A DNA stretch of 64,000 nt from an uncultured Gemmatimonadaceae bacterium (GTDB lineage Bacteria > Gemmatimonadota > Gemmatimonadetes > Gemmatimonadales > Gemmatimonadaceae), in NCBI GenBank assembly GCA_963843845.1, contig CAWJMB010000002.1, positions 352,001 through 416,000 on the forward strand. Reading direction: 5' to 3'. Positions 6,713-15,968 of the stretch are shown here, one piece after another. The translations under genes were made by a program, and so were the position numbers. Below the pieces are notes generated by a model. The model did no database searches and had not been told where the DNA came from. It was given only the letters and a program-made list of their open reading frames with translations. Position 1 is the first letter of the stretch, and each line of letters opens with the position of its first letter.

Positions 6713-9144
6713 CGCGCACTCGGCTCGTCGGCGTACGACTCGTCGGCGTCGTCGACGAACGGCAGCACGAGCCGCGCGACCGTGGCGGTCCCGCCGTGCG
6801 GCGACTCGAAGGTGAGGTCGGCGTCGCCTCCGTAGAGTTCGGCGAGCCGGGCGCGTGCGTTCGTCACGCCGGGGTCGTCGTCCGACGTCGCTCGGAGATC
6901 GAGCGTCGTGCGCGACGACGCACCGGTGCCGTTCCGGTCGCCGTCCGCCAGCTCGACGGCGACCTCGAGTCGCGTGCCCGACCGCCGCGCGACGACGCGT
7001 ATGCGCGCCGAGGTGCCGGCCGCGTGGCGAAGGGCGCCGGCGAGGAGCGGCTGAAGGATCAGGTGCGGCACGCGTGCGCCGAGCGTCGTCGGCGCGACGT
7101 CCCACTCGATTGCAGGGTGAGCGGCGGCCGGTGTGCGCGTCACCTCGAGGAACGGCTCCAGCCCCGCCATCTCTTCCTCGAGCGTCACTTCCTGCACACG
7201 GGTGCGGAGGAGCGCGTCGCGCACCATCGTGCCGAGGTGAGCGAGAACGCGGACGGCGCCGTCAGGGTCGGTGGAGACGAGCGACGCCGCGGTGCGGACC
7301 GTGCTGCCCAGGAGCTGGGGGTTCAGCTCGGTCTTGAGCGCGTGCAACTCCGCCTCCGCGCGCCGTCGCGCGGCCCCGGCGAGTCGGTCGCGCAGCAGCA
7401 GCCGGGCGGCCTCGGTGCGCCCGTAGCGCCGCGCGTACTCGACCGCGTGGGCCGCCGCGGTGAGCAGCGCGTAGAAGCTCATCGTCGCCACGCCGGCGGC
7501 GAGTCGCCGCTCGACGAGCGCGTCTGGCAGTGGATAGCCGAACGCCCACGAGACGAGCAGCTTGCTGACGACGACGACGCCCGCGAGCGCGACGGCGGCG
7601 GCGATGTGATACAGCAGGTGGCGCGCGGCGTGTCGCCCCGCGAGCGGCGCGCGGCGGGTGAGCCGGATCGCCGTGAGCAGGATCGTCGTCCAGAGCACCG
7701 CCATCACCAGCCCTTCGATCGCGGCCGACGGAAGCGACGTCGTCCGGCCGTCTTCGAGCGGGAGCTCGTACGAGGTGCGCGTCCAGAGCAGCCACACGCC
7801 CGAGAACCAGAGCGGCAGCGCGAACCGCGCGACCCGACCGCGTCGCGGGGCGGCCGTGCGCCGACTCGCGATGGTGCCGCCTGGGCGCCGCGCCGCGTCG
7901 TCGACGACATCGTCGACGTCGTGATCGGTTCCGAGCGGTGCGTCGGCCACGCCGGTGGCGCTGCCCGCTGGCGTCGCGTCGGCGGCGGGACCGTCGGAGC
8001 CCGGCGCGTCGTTCCACGGAAGGAGGACGCGCGCCACTGTTCCGCCACCTTCCGCTTGGGCGAGCGTCAACGTGGCGGCGGCGCCGTACAGCTCGGCGAG
8101 GCGCGCCCGGCCGTTCGCCAGCCCGACGCCCATCCCGACGCCGCGTGCAGCGCGTCGATCGCCAGTCGGCGCGAGGCCGATCCCGTCGTCGGTGACCGTC
8201 AGCTCGAGGTGGTCGCGTAGGAGGGTCGCGTCGCCCCCGGCCGTCACCCGCCGCGCCGCCACGACGATCCGCCCTCGCTCCCCACCGCGCGGGGCGAGTC
8301 CGTGGCGGACCGCGTTCTCGACGAGCGGTTGCAGGAGGAGGTGCGGCACGCGCGCGGCCCGCACATCCGGCGCGACGTCCCAGACGACGTCCAGCGCGCC
8401 GCCGAGTCGCGCCTGCTCGATCGACAGAAAGGGCTCGAGCTGGGTCAGCTCCTCGTCGAGCGTCACCTGCTGCGTGTGGGCGTGCTCGACCGCCGAGCGG
8501 AGCAGGGCATCGAGCTGCGCGAGCAGACGAACGGCACCGTCCGGATCCGTGCGCGTCAGTGTCGCGACGACGTGCAGCGCATTCCCGAGAAAGTGCGGGT
8601 TGAGCTCGGCCTTCAACACCCGAAGCTCCGCCTCGGCGCGTCGCTTCGCTGCCTCGTTCAGCTCGGCGCGGAGTCGCAGCTCTGCGGCCTCGGTGTGGCG
8701 ATACCGTCGGAGGTACTCCACGGCGTGCGCGCCGCCGGCGAGCAGTGCGTACACGCTCGCGTTGAGCGCGACGGCGATCGGCAGGCTGAAGCTGGCGGCG
8801 GCCGGCGACCATGGCGCCACGAGGCGCTCGATGATCGACAGCGTGAGCCCGAACGCGACCGCCGCCCCTCCATGCACCGCGAGCGTGCGCCCCCCGAACG
8901 CCGCGTCGAGCGGGAAGCGCCGAGCCAGCCGGACCGCGACGACGAGCATGAGCGTGTAGGCCACCGCCAGCGGCAGCGCGCCGAGCGCCGCACGTCGGTC
9001 GTCTGCAGCCAGATCGCTCGGGTCGTGCGCCGAGGCGACGGGGATGAGCAGCATCAGCCCGAACCACGCCACGAGACCGACACGACCCCAGACACGCGAT
9101 CGCCTCGACAGTCGCGCGCCACCGCCTGCCCAGGCGTCCGTCAC
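6709..9144 (-). CDS. LytS/YehU-type membrane histidine kinase with two tandem TM+kinase modules
   Basis: Module 1 has LKAELNPHFLGNAL, LLQPLVENAVRHG, VTDDGIG and GLANGRARL. Module 2 has LKTELNPQLLGST and LILQPLLAGALRH. Start approximate. Confidence 0.85.
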   Translation of the reverse strand: MTDAWAGGGARLSRRSRVWGRVGLVAWFGLMLLIPVASAHDPSDLAADDRRAALGALPLAVAYTLMLVVAVRLARRFPLDAAFGGRTLAVHGGAAVAFGLTLSIIERLVAPWSPAAASFSLPIAVALNASVYALLAGGAHAVEYLRRYRHTEAAELRLRAELNEAAKRRAEAELRVLKAELNPHFLGNALHVVATLTRTDPDGAVRLLAQLDALLRSAVEHAHTQQVTLDEELTQLEPFLSIEQARLGGALDVVWDVAPDVRAARVPHLLLQPLVENAVRHGLAPRGGERGRIVVAARRVTAGGDATLLRDHLELTVTDDGIGLAPTGDRRAARGVGMGVGLANGRARLAELYGAAATLTLAQAEGGGTVARVLLPWNDAPGSDGPAADATPAGSATGVADAPLGTDHDVDDVVDDAARRPGGTIASRRTAAPRRGRVARFALPLWFSGVWLLWTRTSYELPLEDGRTTSLPSAAIEGLVMAVLWTTILLTAIRLTRRAPLAGRHAARHLLYHIAAAVALAGVVVVSKLLVSWAFGYPLPDALVERRLAAGVATMSFYALLTAAAHAVEYARRYGRTEAARLLLRDRLAGAARRRAEAELHALKTELNPQLLGSTVRTAASLVSTDPDGAVRVLAHLGTMVRDALLRTRVQEVTLEEEMAGLEPFLEVTRTPAAAHPAIEWDVAPTTLGARVPHLILQPLLAGALRHAAGTSARIRVVARRSGTRLEVAVELADGDRNGTGASSRTTLDLRATSDDDPGVTNARARLAELYGGDADLTFESPHGGTATVARLVLPFVDDADESYADEPSAR

Positions 9145-9265
9145 CGGTAACGGGACGATAGCGGACTGAAGAAGAGACACAGCTGCAATTATGCGTGCCA
9201 CCTCAGGGACCGCCAGCGTCGCGCGCTTTCGACGGTGGCGCCGTGAGCGACGGGCTACGGGTCGG

Positions 9266-11704
9266 TCACCGTTCGACGACGATGCGGACGACGCTCGTAT
9301 CCTGTCGACTGGACGTCGCGCGGATGACGTGACGTCCAGGCCGGAGTGTCCACCGCTCCGACGCGTACGGCGCTCCGTCGACCGTCCACCGCACCCGCTC
9401 GGCGCCGGGGCCGACGGCGCGGAGGCGGATCGTGGCGAACGACGCGTCGGTGCCGGGAGAGACCGCGTAGCGATCGCCGTCGAGCGGCGAGACGATGCGG
9501 AAGCGAGTGGCGCGCGCGGAGAGCGCTGCACCGTTCGGCGGCGTTCCGTTCGGCGGCGTTCCGTTCGGCGGGGCCTCGCCACTCTCTGCGGCGCGCGGCG
9601 CGTCCACGGTGCCGACGAGCTGCGGCGCGAGCCCACCGGTCGCGCCGTCGTCCGTCGCCGCGAACCGAGCGCCCGGGCGTGCCCACTCCGCGTACTCGTC
9701 CGGCAGGCGCACCTGGCCGGCGACCTCCCAGTCGTCGGTGCGCGTCGGCTCGGTGCCGCGGGCGAACCATTCGTCGAGCGACGCGCACCCGGGCGTCGCG
9801 CGGAGGCCGGAGAGGCGACAGACCGGGACGCGCACCGCGCCGAGCTCGCCCGGGCTCGGCAGCACGCCGGCGCCGAGTCGGGCGGCGACGGCCATGACCG
9901 CGCGGTGAAGCAGCGGCCCGGCGCCGGTGATGCCGCTGACCCCTTCCATCGGCCGCCCGGTGAAGTTCCCGGCCCACACGGCGACGGTGAAGCGCCCCGT
10001 CACCCCGACCGCCCAGTTGTCGGTGAAGTGGCGGCTCGTGCCGGTCTTCACGGCGACGGGAAACGGAAACTCGAACGGCGTGCTCGCCCCGAACCCTGGA
10101 ATGCGCGCCGACGGATCGCTCAGCACGTCGAGTACGAGCGCGCTCGCCATCGGCGACGCGACGCGGCGTACCTCCCCGGTCGCGCTGCCGACCGCGCGCC
10201 ACGTCCACGGCCGCCACGCTCCGCCGTTCGCGAGGGCGCGGTAGCCGTTCGCCAGCTCGAGCAGCGTCACGTCGCCGTTGCCCAACGCGAGTCCGAGCCC
10301 GTAGTGCTCCGCGCTTCGCGACAGTGACGCGAAACCGGCGGCGTGGAGCGCGCGGAGCAGCGTGGGCGCGCCGCCGACGCGGTCGGCCAGCTCGACGGCC
10401 GGGACGTTGTAGGAGCTGGCGAGCGCCTCGCGCGCACGCACGGGACCGCGGAAGCGACGGTCGTAGTTGCGCGGCCGGTAGGCGCCGGCCGGCGTCGCGT
10501 AGCGCTTCGGCACGTCGGGGAGCACCGACGCGGCCGTGTAGCCGCGATCGAACGCGAGCGCGTACAGAAACGGCTTGAGCGCCGAGCCAGGCTGTCGCGG
10601 CGAGACGACCATGTCGGTCTGCCCGCCGCTCGTCGCCCAGAAATCGGGCGAGCCGACCCACGCGAGCACTTCGCCGGTCGCGTTGTCGAGCACGACCGCC
10701 GCCGCCTGCTCGACGCCGCGGCCGCGGAGCACGTCGACGGTGTGGCGAACCTCCGCCTCGAGCGTTCGCTGCAGCGGCAGGTCGAGCGACGTGCGGATGC
10801 GCGTGACGGCGGGCGCACCCCCCGGCGCCGAGTGTCCGGCCGAGTCGGCGAACGACGCCGACGTCGTCCACGCGACGACGCGCGCCGCGAAGTGCGGCGC
10901 GAGGAACGGCGACGTGCCGATGACGCCGACGAGCGGCTCCCCTGCTGCCCGCGCGGCCTCGGCGCGCGTGACGTAGCCGCGCGACTGCATGCGGCGCAAC
11001 GCGAGCGCGCGTCGCGCCGTCGCCCGCGCGGGCGACGCGGCCGGGTTGTCGCGCGACGGCGCGTGCGCGATGCCGGCGAGCAGCGCCGCCTCGCCGACGC
11101 TCAGCTCCGACGGCGCGGCGCCGAAGTAGAGCGCGCTCGCCGCCGCGACGCCGACGGTCGCCTGCCCCAGCTCGACGCGGTTCAGGTACTGCGCGAGGAT
11201 CTGCTGCTTCGTGAGGTGCCGTTCGAGCCGCAGCGCCCACGCCGCCTGCACGAGCTTTCCCGGCCACGAGCGCGGGATGCCGTGGGGCGGCGTGCCGCGT
11301 GTCTGCGTGCGGCGCACGAGCCGCGCGAGCTGCATCGAGATCGTCGACGCGCCGGAGACGACGCGGCGCGCGCGCAGGTTGCTCCACGCCGCCCTGCCGA
11401 GCGCCGCCGGGTCGACGCCAGCGTGCTGCCAGTAGGTGCGGTCCTCGACGGCGACGAACGCGTTGATGAGGTCGGGGTCGATCGCGTCGTACGCCACCCA
11501 GCGCGCGCGGCTCCCGTCGGCGGCGCGCGTGTTCCGGAGCGGCAGTCCGTGGCGGTCCTCGATGACGAGCCCGTCGACCCGTGGCGCGTCGAGCAGCGAC
11601 GGCGGCAGGGGCCACAGAACCCACGCCACCGCGGCGACGATCGGCGCGATGACGAGCGACAGTGCGGTCGCCCGCCGCCACGAACGCCCCGACCCGATGC
11701 GCAC
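9266..11704 (-). CDS. pbpC: Penicillin-binding protein 1C
   Basis: Transglycosylase motifs EDRTYWQHAGVD and GASTISMQLAR; transpeptidase motifs SALK, SYN and KTGTS; near alpha-2-macroglobulin; start approximate. Confidence 0.92.
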   Translation of the reverse strand: MRIGSGRSWRRATALSLVIAPIVAAVAWVLWPLPPSLLDAPRVDGLVIEDRHGLPLRNTRAADGSRARWVAYDAIDPDLINAFVAVEDRTYWQHAGVDPAALGRAAWSNLRARRVVSGASTISMQLARLVRRTQTRGTPPHGIPRSWPGKLVQAAWALRLERHLTKQQILAQYLNRVELGQATVGVAAASALYFGAAPSELSVGEAALLAGIAHAPSRDNPAASPARATARRALALRRMQSRGYVTRAEAARAAGEPLVGVIGTSPFLAPHFAARVVAWTTSASFADSAGHSAPGGAPAVTRIRTSLDLPLQRTLEAEVRHTVDVLRGRGVEQAAAVVLDNATGEVLAWVGSPDFWATSGGQTDMVVSPRQPGSALKPFLYALAFDRGYTAASVLPDVPKRYATPAGAYRPRNYDRRFRGPVRAREALASSYNVPAVELADRVGGAPTLLRALHAAGFASLSRSAEHYGLGLALGNGDVTLLELANGYRALANGGAWRPWTWRAVGSATGEVRRVASPMASALVLDVLSDPSARIPGFGASTPFEFPFPVAVKTGTSRHFTDNWAVGVTGRFTVAVWAGNFTGRPMEGVSGITGAGPLLHRAVMAVAARLGAGVLPSPGELGAVRVPVCRLSGLRATPGCASLDEWFARGTEPTRTDDWEVAGQVRLPDEYAEWARPGARFAATDDGATGGLAPQLVGTVDAPRAAESGEAPPNGTPPNGTPPNGAALSARATRFRIVSPLDGDRYAVSPGTDASFATIRLRAVGPGAERVRWTVDGAPYASERWTLRPGRHVIRATSSRQDTSVVRIVVER

Positions 11705-11748
11705 GCGCCTCGTTCCCGCTTCCGTCTCGTCGTCCCGGTCCGCCGACC

Positions 11749-12243
11749 TCACCAGCCGAGCGTTCCCGGCTCGCCTTTGAACGGTCCCACGACGCGGCTC
11801 GTGATCCAGCCGCCGTAGAAGCGACCGGGCTGCGCGCGCACCGCCTCGCCGTCGACCGTACAGTGATCCATCTGGCCCGGATAGAACGCGACGTGGTCGC
11901 GGATCGCGGCGAACGCCGGGGTCGGGTCCGGGTACGCCCATGCAGACCGGGACCGCACCTCGTTCCCCACGACGACGTCGTAGTAGCGCGCCCCCCCTTT
12001 CCACTCGCACACGCTCGTTCCGCGAGCGACGCGCAGGCAGGCGGCGTCGACATCCTCGGGCGGGAGGTAGTACACGGGCGGATGGAACGTCTCGAGCACG
12101 CGCCACGCCGCGGACGTCTCGGCGACCACTCGGCCGCCGACGACCACGCGGAGGTGGCTCGAGGTCCGCTCGAGCCGCGGCGGGCGCGGGTAATCCCACA
12201 CGGACTCCTGGCCGGGACCGGGGGGGACGCGATGTGGCGTCAC
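11749..12243 (-). CDS. DUF427 domain protein
   Basis: QESVWDYPRPPRLE, VLETFHPPVYYLP, CEWKGGARYYD, FYGGWITSRVVGPFKG; GTG start overlaps the ligD stop. Confidence 0.85.
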   Translation of the reverse strand: MTPHRVPPGPGQESVWDYPRPPRLERTSSHLRVVVGGRVVAETSAAWRVLETFHPPVYYLPPEDVDAACLRVARGTSVCEWKGGARYYDVVVGNEVRSRSAWAYPDPTPAFAAIRDHVAFYPGQMDHCTVDGEAVRAQPGRFYGGWITSRVVGPFKGEPGTLGW

Positions 12244-14999
12244 CGCTGTCTCCGGCGGCCCGCCGACGGTCGACTCGCGACGGCGCGCAGCGCCGCGGCC
12301 GTATTCCGGGCGCGCATCACACCCCGCCACAGGTCGCCTCGCTCGGCGATCCGCGCCGGCATCGTCGAGATCGTGAACGCGGCGGGGTCGAGTGTCTCGG
12401 TGAGCTCGTCCCACGCGAGGGGCGCGGAGACCGTCGCACCCGGCCGCGCGCGCACGGCATAGGCCGCGGCGACCGTCTTCCCGACCACGTTCTGCAGGTA
12501 ATCGACGTAGACCGAATCCGGGCGGCGCTGCCGGACGGCGCGCTCCACCGTGGCTTCGCGTGGGTGCGCGGCGGCGACGCGCGTCGCGACGAGTTGCGCG
12601 AGCACGAGCGCGGCCTCCGCCTGCGTGCGGGGCGGGAGGGGCAGGACGATGTGCAGCCCGCTCGCCCCCGACGTCTTGAGGCCGGCGCGTAGGCCGAGCC
12701 CGTCGAGCTCCGCCTTGACCCAGCGCGCGACGTCGACGACGCGCGCGAACGACGCCTTCGGTCCCGGGTCGAGATCGATGATCGTGTAGTCGGGGGTGTC
12801 GAGCGCGCCGACGCGCGAGTGCCACGGATCGACGCTGACGGCGCCGAGCTGCACGCCGTAGAGCAGCGTCGCCAGCGTGCCGCCGACGAGGTAGGGCACT
12901 GTCGAGCCGTCGCCGTCCGCATCGATCGGCGCCGTCCGCACGCCGCGAGGCGCATCGACGACGCGATGCTGGTAGAACGCCTTCCCCTCGATGCCGTTCG
13001 GGTATCGCCGGAGCACGAGCGGCCGGTCGTCGATCACCGGCAGCAGCGCCGGCGCCACCTCGGCGTAGTAGCGCATGACGTCGCCCTTCGTACAGCCGAC
13101 GTCCGGGAAGAACGTCTTGCCGAGGTTGGAGACGTCGAGCGTCGTTCGCGCGTCGAGCCGCACGGTGCCGTTCCCATCCCCCGCTTCGATCCGCGCGAGC
13201 TGCTGGCCGACCGACGCCCGGGCCGACGCCCGGGCCGACGCCCGGGCCGACGCCCGTGCCGACGCCCGGGCCGACCGCCGAACCGGAGCGACCGGCGCGT
13301 CCTGCACGCTCTCCGCCTCGCGCGTCACACGACGCGCCGGCTTGTCGTCGCGCACGCCGAGGAAGATCGGCTGGCGCAGGCGGCCGTCGTCGGTCCACTC
13401 GGTGAACTTCACCTCGACGACGACGTCGGGGTGTACCCAGTGCGGCGCCTCGTTCGTGCGAAAGGCGTCGGCGAATGGCGACGTCGCGCGCCGCAACGGC
13501 GCGAGGCGACGCGCCATGTCGGCGAGCCCCGCCCGCGTGAAGCCGCCGCCGGTGTGCCCGGCGTAGACGAAGCGCCCGCGCGCGTCGTAGTAGCCGAGGA
13601 GCAGCGCGCCGATGTGCTGGCGCGTGTTGCGCGGCTCCGTGTAGCCGCCGACGACGAGCTCCTGGCGGTGCTCGATCTTGAGCTTCAGCCAGTGCTTCAC
13701 GCGTTCGCCCGGCGCGTACGGCGCGTCGGTCCGCTTCGCGATGACGCCTTCCCACCGCGCGTCGCGAGCGCGGCGCAGCATCGCCTCGCCGTCGCCGGCG
13801 ACCGATTCGCCGAGCCGGATCGTCGCCCCGGCCGTGCGGCCGGTGGTGCCGAACGCCTTGACGAGGCGCGCACGCCGCGCGGTCCACGGCTCGCCGATCA
13901 GCACGTCGTCGCCGTCGACGAGGAGGTCGAAGGCGACGAGGGCGGCCGGCGCCGATCGCGCGTGCTCGCCGACCGCGTCGGCGTCGTCGACGTGCATGCG
14001 CCCCTGCAGCGACTGGAAGCGCGCCGGAGCGCCGCCGCCCGCGGCGCCGTCGAGTCCGACGAGCTCTCCGTCGAGCACGAGTGAACGTCGCCGCCGCCGC
14101 GCGAACGCGCGCAGCGACTCGGTGACCTCGGGGAATTGCGCCGCCTTGTCGTTGCCGTTGCGCGTGACGAGGCGCGCACCGTCCGCCGTCGCGAAGGCGA
14201 GAACGCGGATGCCGTCGTACTTCGGCTCGAACGTCCAGCCGTCGCCGCTCGGGATCTCGCGGCCGACGCTCGCGTACATCGGCTCGAACGCCGGCACCGC
14301 AGGCGACTTCGCCGCGCGAGACGTCGCGGAACGCCGCTTCACCGAGCGACTCTGCGCGACCGCATCAGGCTGCTGTCCGCCAGCGATCTGCTCCATCGTC
14401 CGCCCCGTCGCGACCGAGGTCGTCTCGTCGGCGACGACGTCGCGCGACGCGTCGGCGTCCGCGTCGCGCCGCTTGATGAGCAGCCACTGCGGCTTCGCCG
14501 ACGCGCCCGACGCCGGCCGCGTGCGCACGAGCGACCACGCGCCGCGCAGTCGCTCGCCGTGCAGGACGATGTCGAGCCGCCCGGTCTCGTGGCCGCGTCG
14601 CAGCGCCTCCTCGCCCCCGCCGTCGGCCGCCTCGTAGGTGCCGCGGTCCCAGAGCATGACGGTGCCGCCGCCGTACTGCCCGGCGGGGATCGTTCCCTCG
14701 AACGTGTTGTAGCTGACGGGGTGGTCCTCGACCTCCATCGCGAGCCGCCGCACCGCCGGGTCGACGCTCGGTCCCTTCGGCACCGCCCAGCTCTTCATCA
14801 CGCCGCCGAGCTCGAGCCGGACATCGAAATGGAGGTGGCTCGCCGCGTGCTTCTGGATCACGAACCGCAGCGCCGTCGCTCGCGGGCGCGACCGATCCGC
14901 CGAACGACCGTCGCCATCCGGCTCGGCGGTCTTCGTGAAGTCGCGCTTCCGCCGGTACTCGGCGAGCGAGACGCGGGGCGTACGTGGGGCGTCAGGCAC
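12240..14999 (-). CDS. ligD: NHEJ DNA ligase D (phosphoesterase + ligase + polymerase)
   Basis: YRRKRDF, FVIQKHAASHLHFDVRLE (PE domain); EPKYDGIR (ligase); LRRYPNGIEG, IIDLDPG, KTSGASGLH (polymerase); start approximate. Confidence 0.95.
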   Translation of the reverse strand: MPDAPRTPRVSLAEYRRKRDFTKTAEPDGDGRSADRSRPRATALRFVIQKHAASHLHFDVRLELGGVMKSWAVPKGPSVDPAVRRLAMEVEDHPVSYNTFEGTIPAGQYGGGTVMLWDRGTYEAADGGGEEALRRGHETGRLDIVLHGERLRGAWSLVRTRPASGASAKPQWLLIKRRDADADASRDVVADETTSVATGRTMEQIAGGQQPDAVAQSRSVKRRSATSRAAKSPAVPAFEPMYASVGREIPSGDGWTFEPKYDGIRVLAFATADGARLVTRNGNDKAAQFPEVTESLRAFARRRRRSLVLDGELVGLDGAAGGGAPARFQSLQGRMHVDDADAVGEHARSAPAALVAFDLLVDGDDVLIGEPWTARRARLVKAFGTTGRTAGATIRLGESVAGDGEAMLRRARDARWEGVIAKRTDAPYAPGERVKHWLKLKIEHRQELVVGGYTEPRNTRQHIGALLLGYYDARGRFVYAGHTGGGFTRAGLADMARRLAPLRRATSPFADAFRTNEAPHWVHPDVVVEVKFTEWTDDGRLRQPIFLGVRDDKPARRVTREAESVQDAPVAPVRRSARASARASARASARASARASVGQQLARIEAGDGNGTVRLDARTTLDVSNLGKTFFPDVGCTKGDVMRYYAEVAPALLPVIDDRPLVLRRYPNGIEGKAFYQHRVVDAPRGVRTAPIDADGDGSTVPYLVGGTLATLLYGVQLGAVSVDPWHSRVGALDTPDYTIIDLDPGPKASFARVVDVARWVKAELDGLGLRAGLKTSGASGLHIVLPLPPRTQAEAALVLAQLVATRVAAAHPREATVERAVRQRRPDSVYVDYLQNVVGKTVAAAYAVRARPGATVSAPLAWDELTETLDPAAFTISTMPARIAERGDLWRGVMRARNTAAALRAVASRPSAGRRRQR

Positions 15000-15016
15000 G
15001 TGCGTCGGCGCCGTCG

Positions 15017-15886
15017 TCAGGCACTCTTGCGGCGCGCCGCCTTGGCGGGTCGTGCCGGGGTCTTCGCCGCGCGCCCTGACTTCGCCGGCTTGACCGCCTT
15101 CCGTGCGCCGCTCCCTTTCGGGGCCTTCGCGAGACTCGCCTGCAACCGGGCCATGAGGTCGAGCACCTTGCCGTCGTCCGCCGTCCGCTCGGACGCTTTC
15201 GATGCGACCTTCTTCCCCTTCAGCTTCGCGTCGATGACGCGCATCAGCCGCGCGCGATAGTCGTCCTTGTACTTCTCCGGCTCGAACGGCTCGGCGAGGT
15301 TCTGGACGAGCTGCTCGGCCATCGTCAGCTCCTGCGCACGCACGAGCGAGGCGTTCGGGAACGTGTAGGTGTCGACGTCGACGAGCTCGGTCGCGAAGCG
15401 CATGAGCTCGAGCACGAGCGCCTCGCCGACCGCCTTGATCCCGGCGAGATGCTGCGTCTGGCGCATCGTCACCTTCCCGATCCCTACCACGCCGGCCGAT
15501 CGGATGGCCTCGCGGAGCAGCGCGTACGCTTTCTCCCCGCCCTTCGTCGGCAGCAGGAAGTACGGTGTCTCGAAGAAGCGCGCGTCGATCTCCCCTTCGC
15601 CGACGAAAGCGCAGATGTCGATCGCCTTCGACGACTCCAGCGCGGCGCTCTTGAAGTCGTCGTCGGTCACGACGACGAACTTCCCCTTCTCGTACTCGTA
15701 TCCCTTCACGACGTCCTTCCACGCGAGCGCCTCGCCGTTGCGGTCGACGCGCTCCGTCCGGATCGGCGACAGATCCGCCTTGTTCAGCATCCGGAAGCTC
15801 ACATGCTCGGTGCGAACGGCGGGCTGCAGCTCGACCGGAATGTTCACGAGTCCGAAGGTCAGGGCGCCTTTCCAGATCGTGGCCAT
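15017..15886 (-). CDS. ku: NHEJ Ku protein
   Basis: MATIWKGALTFGLVNIPV, VKGYEYEKG, PYFLLP, basic C-terminal tail. Confidence 0.97.
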   Translation of the reverse strand: MATIWKGALTFGLVNIPVELQPAVRTEHVSFRMLNKADLSPIRTERVDRNGEALAWKDVVKGYEYEKGKFVVVTDDDFKSAALESSKAIDICAFVGEGEIDARFFETPYFLLPTKGGEKAYALLREAIRSAGVVGIGKVTMRQTQHLAGIKAVGEALVLELMRFATELVDVDTYTFPNASLVRAQELTMAEQLVQNLAEPFEPEKYKDDYRARLMRVIDAKLKGKKVASKASERTADDGKVLDLMARLQASLAKAPKGSGARKAVKPAKSGRAAKTPARPAKAARRKSA

Positions 15887-15968
15887 GTCGGGGGAGCTGA
15901 GGTGAGGGGGGATGCGGCTGTGCTCGTGAAAGAGAGCAAGCGCCGGGCCGGGCCGGGTCCCGGCTGCG

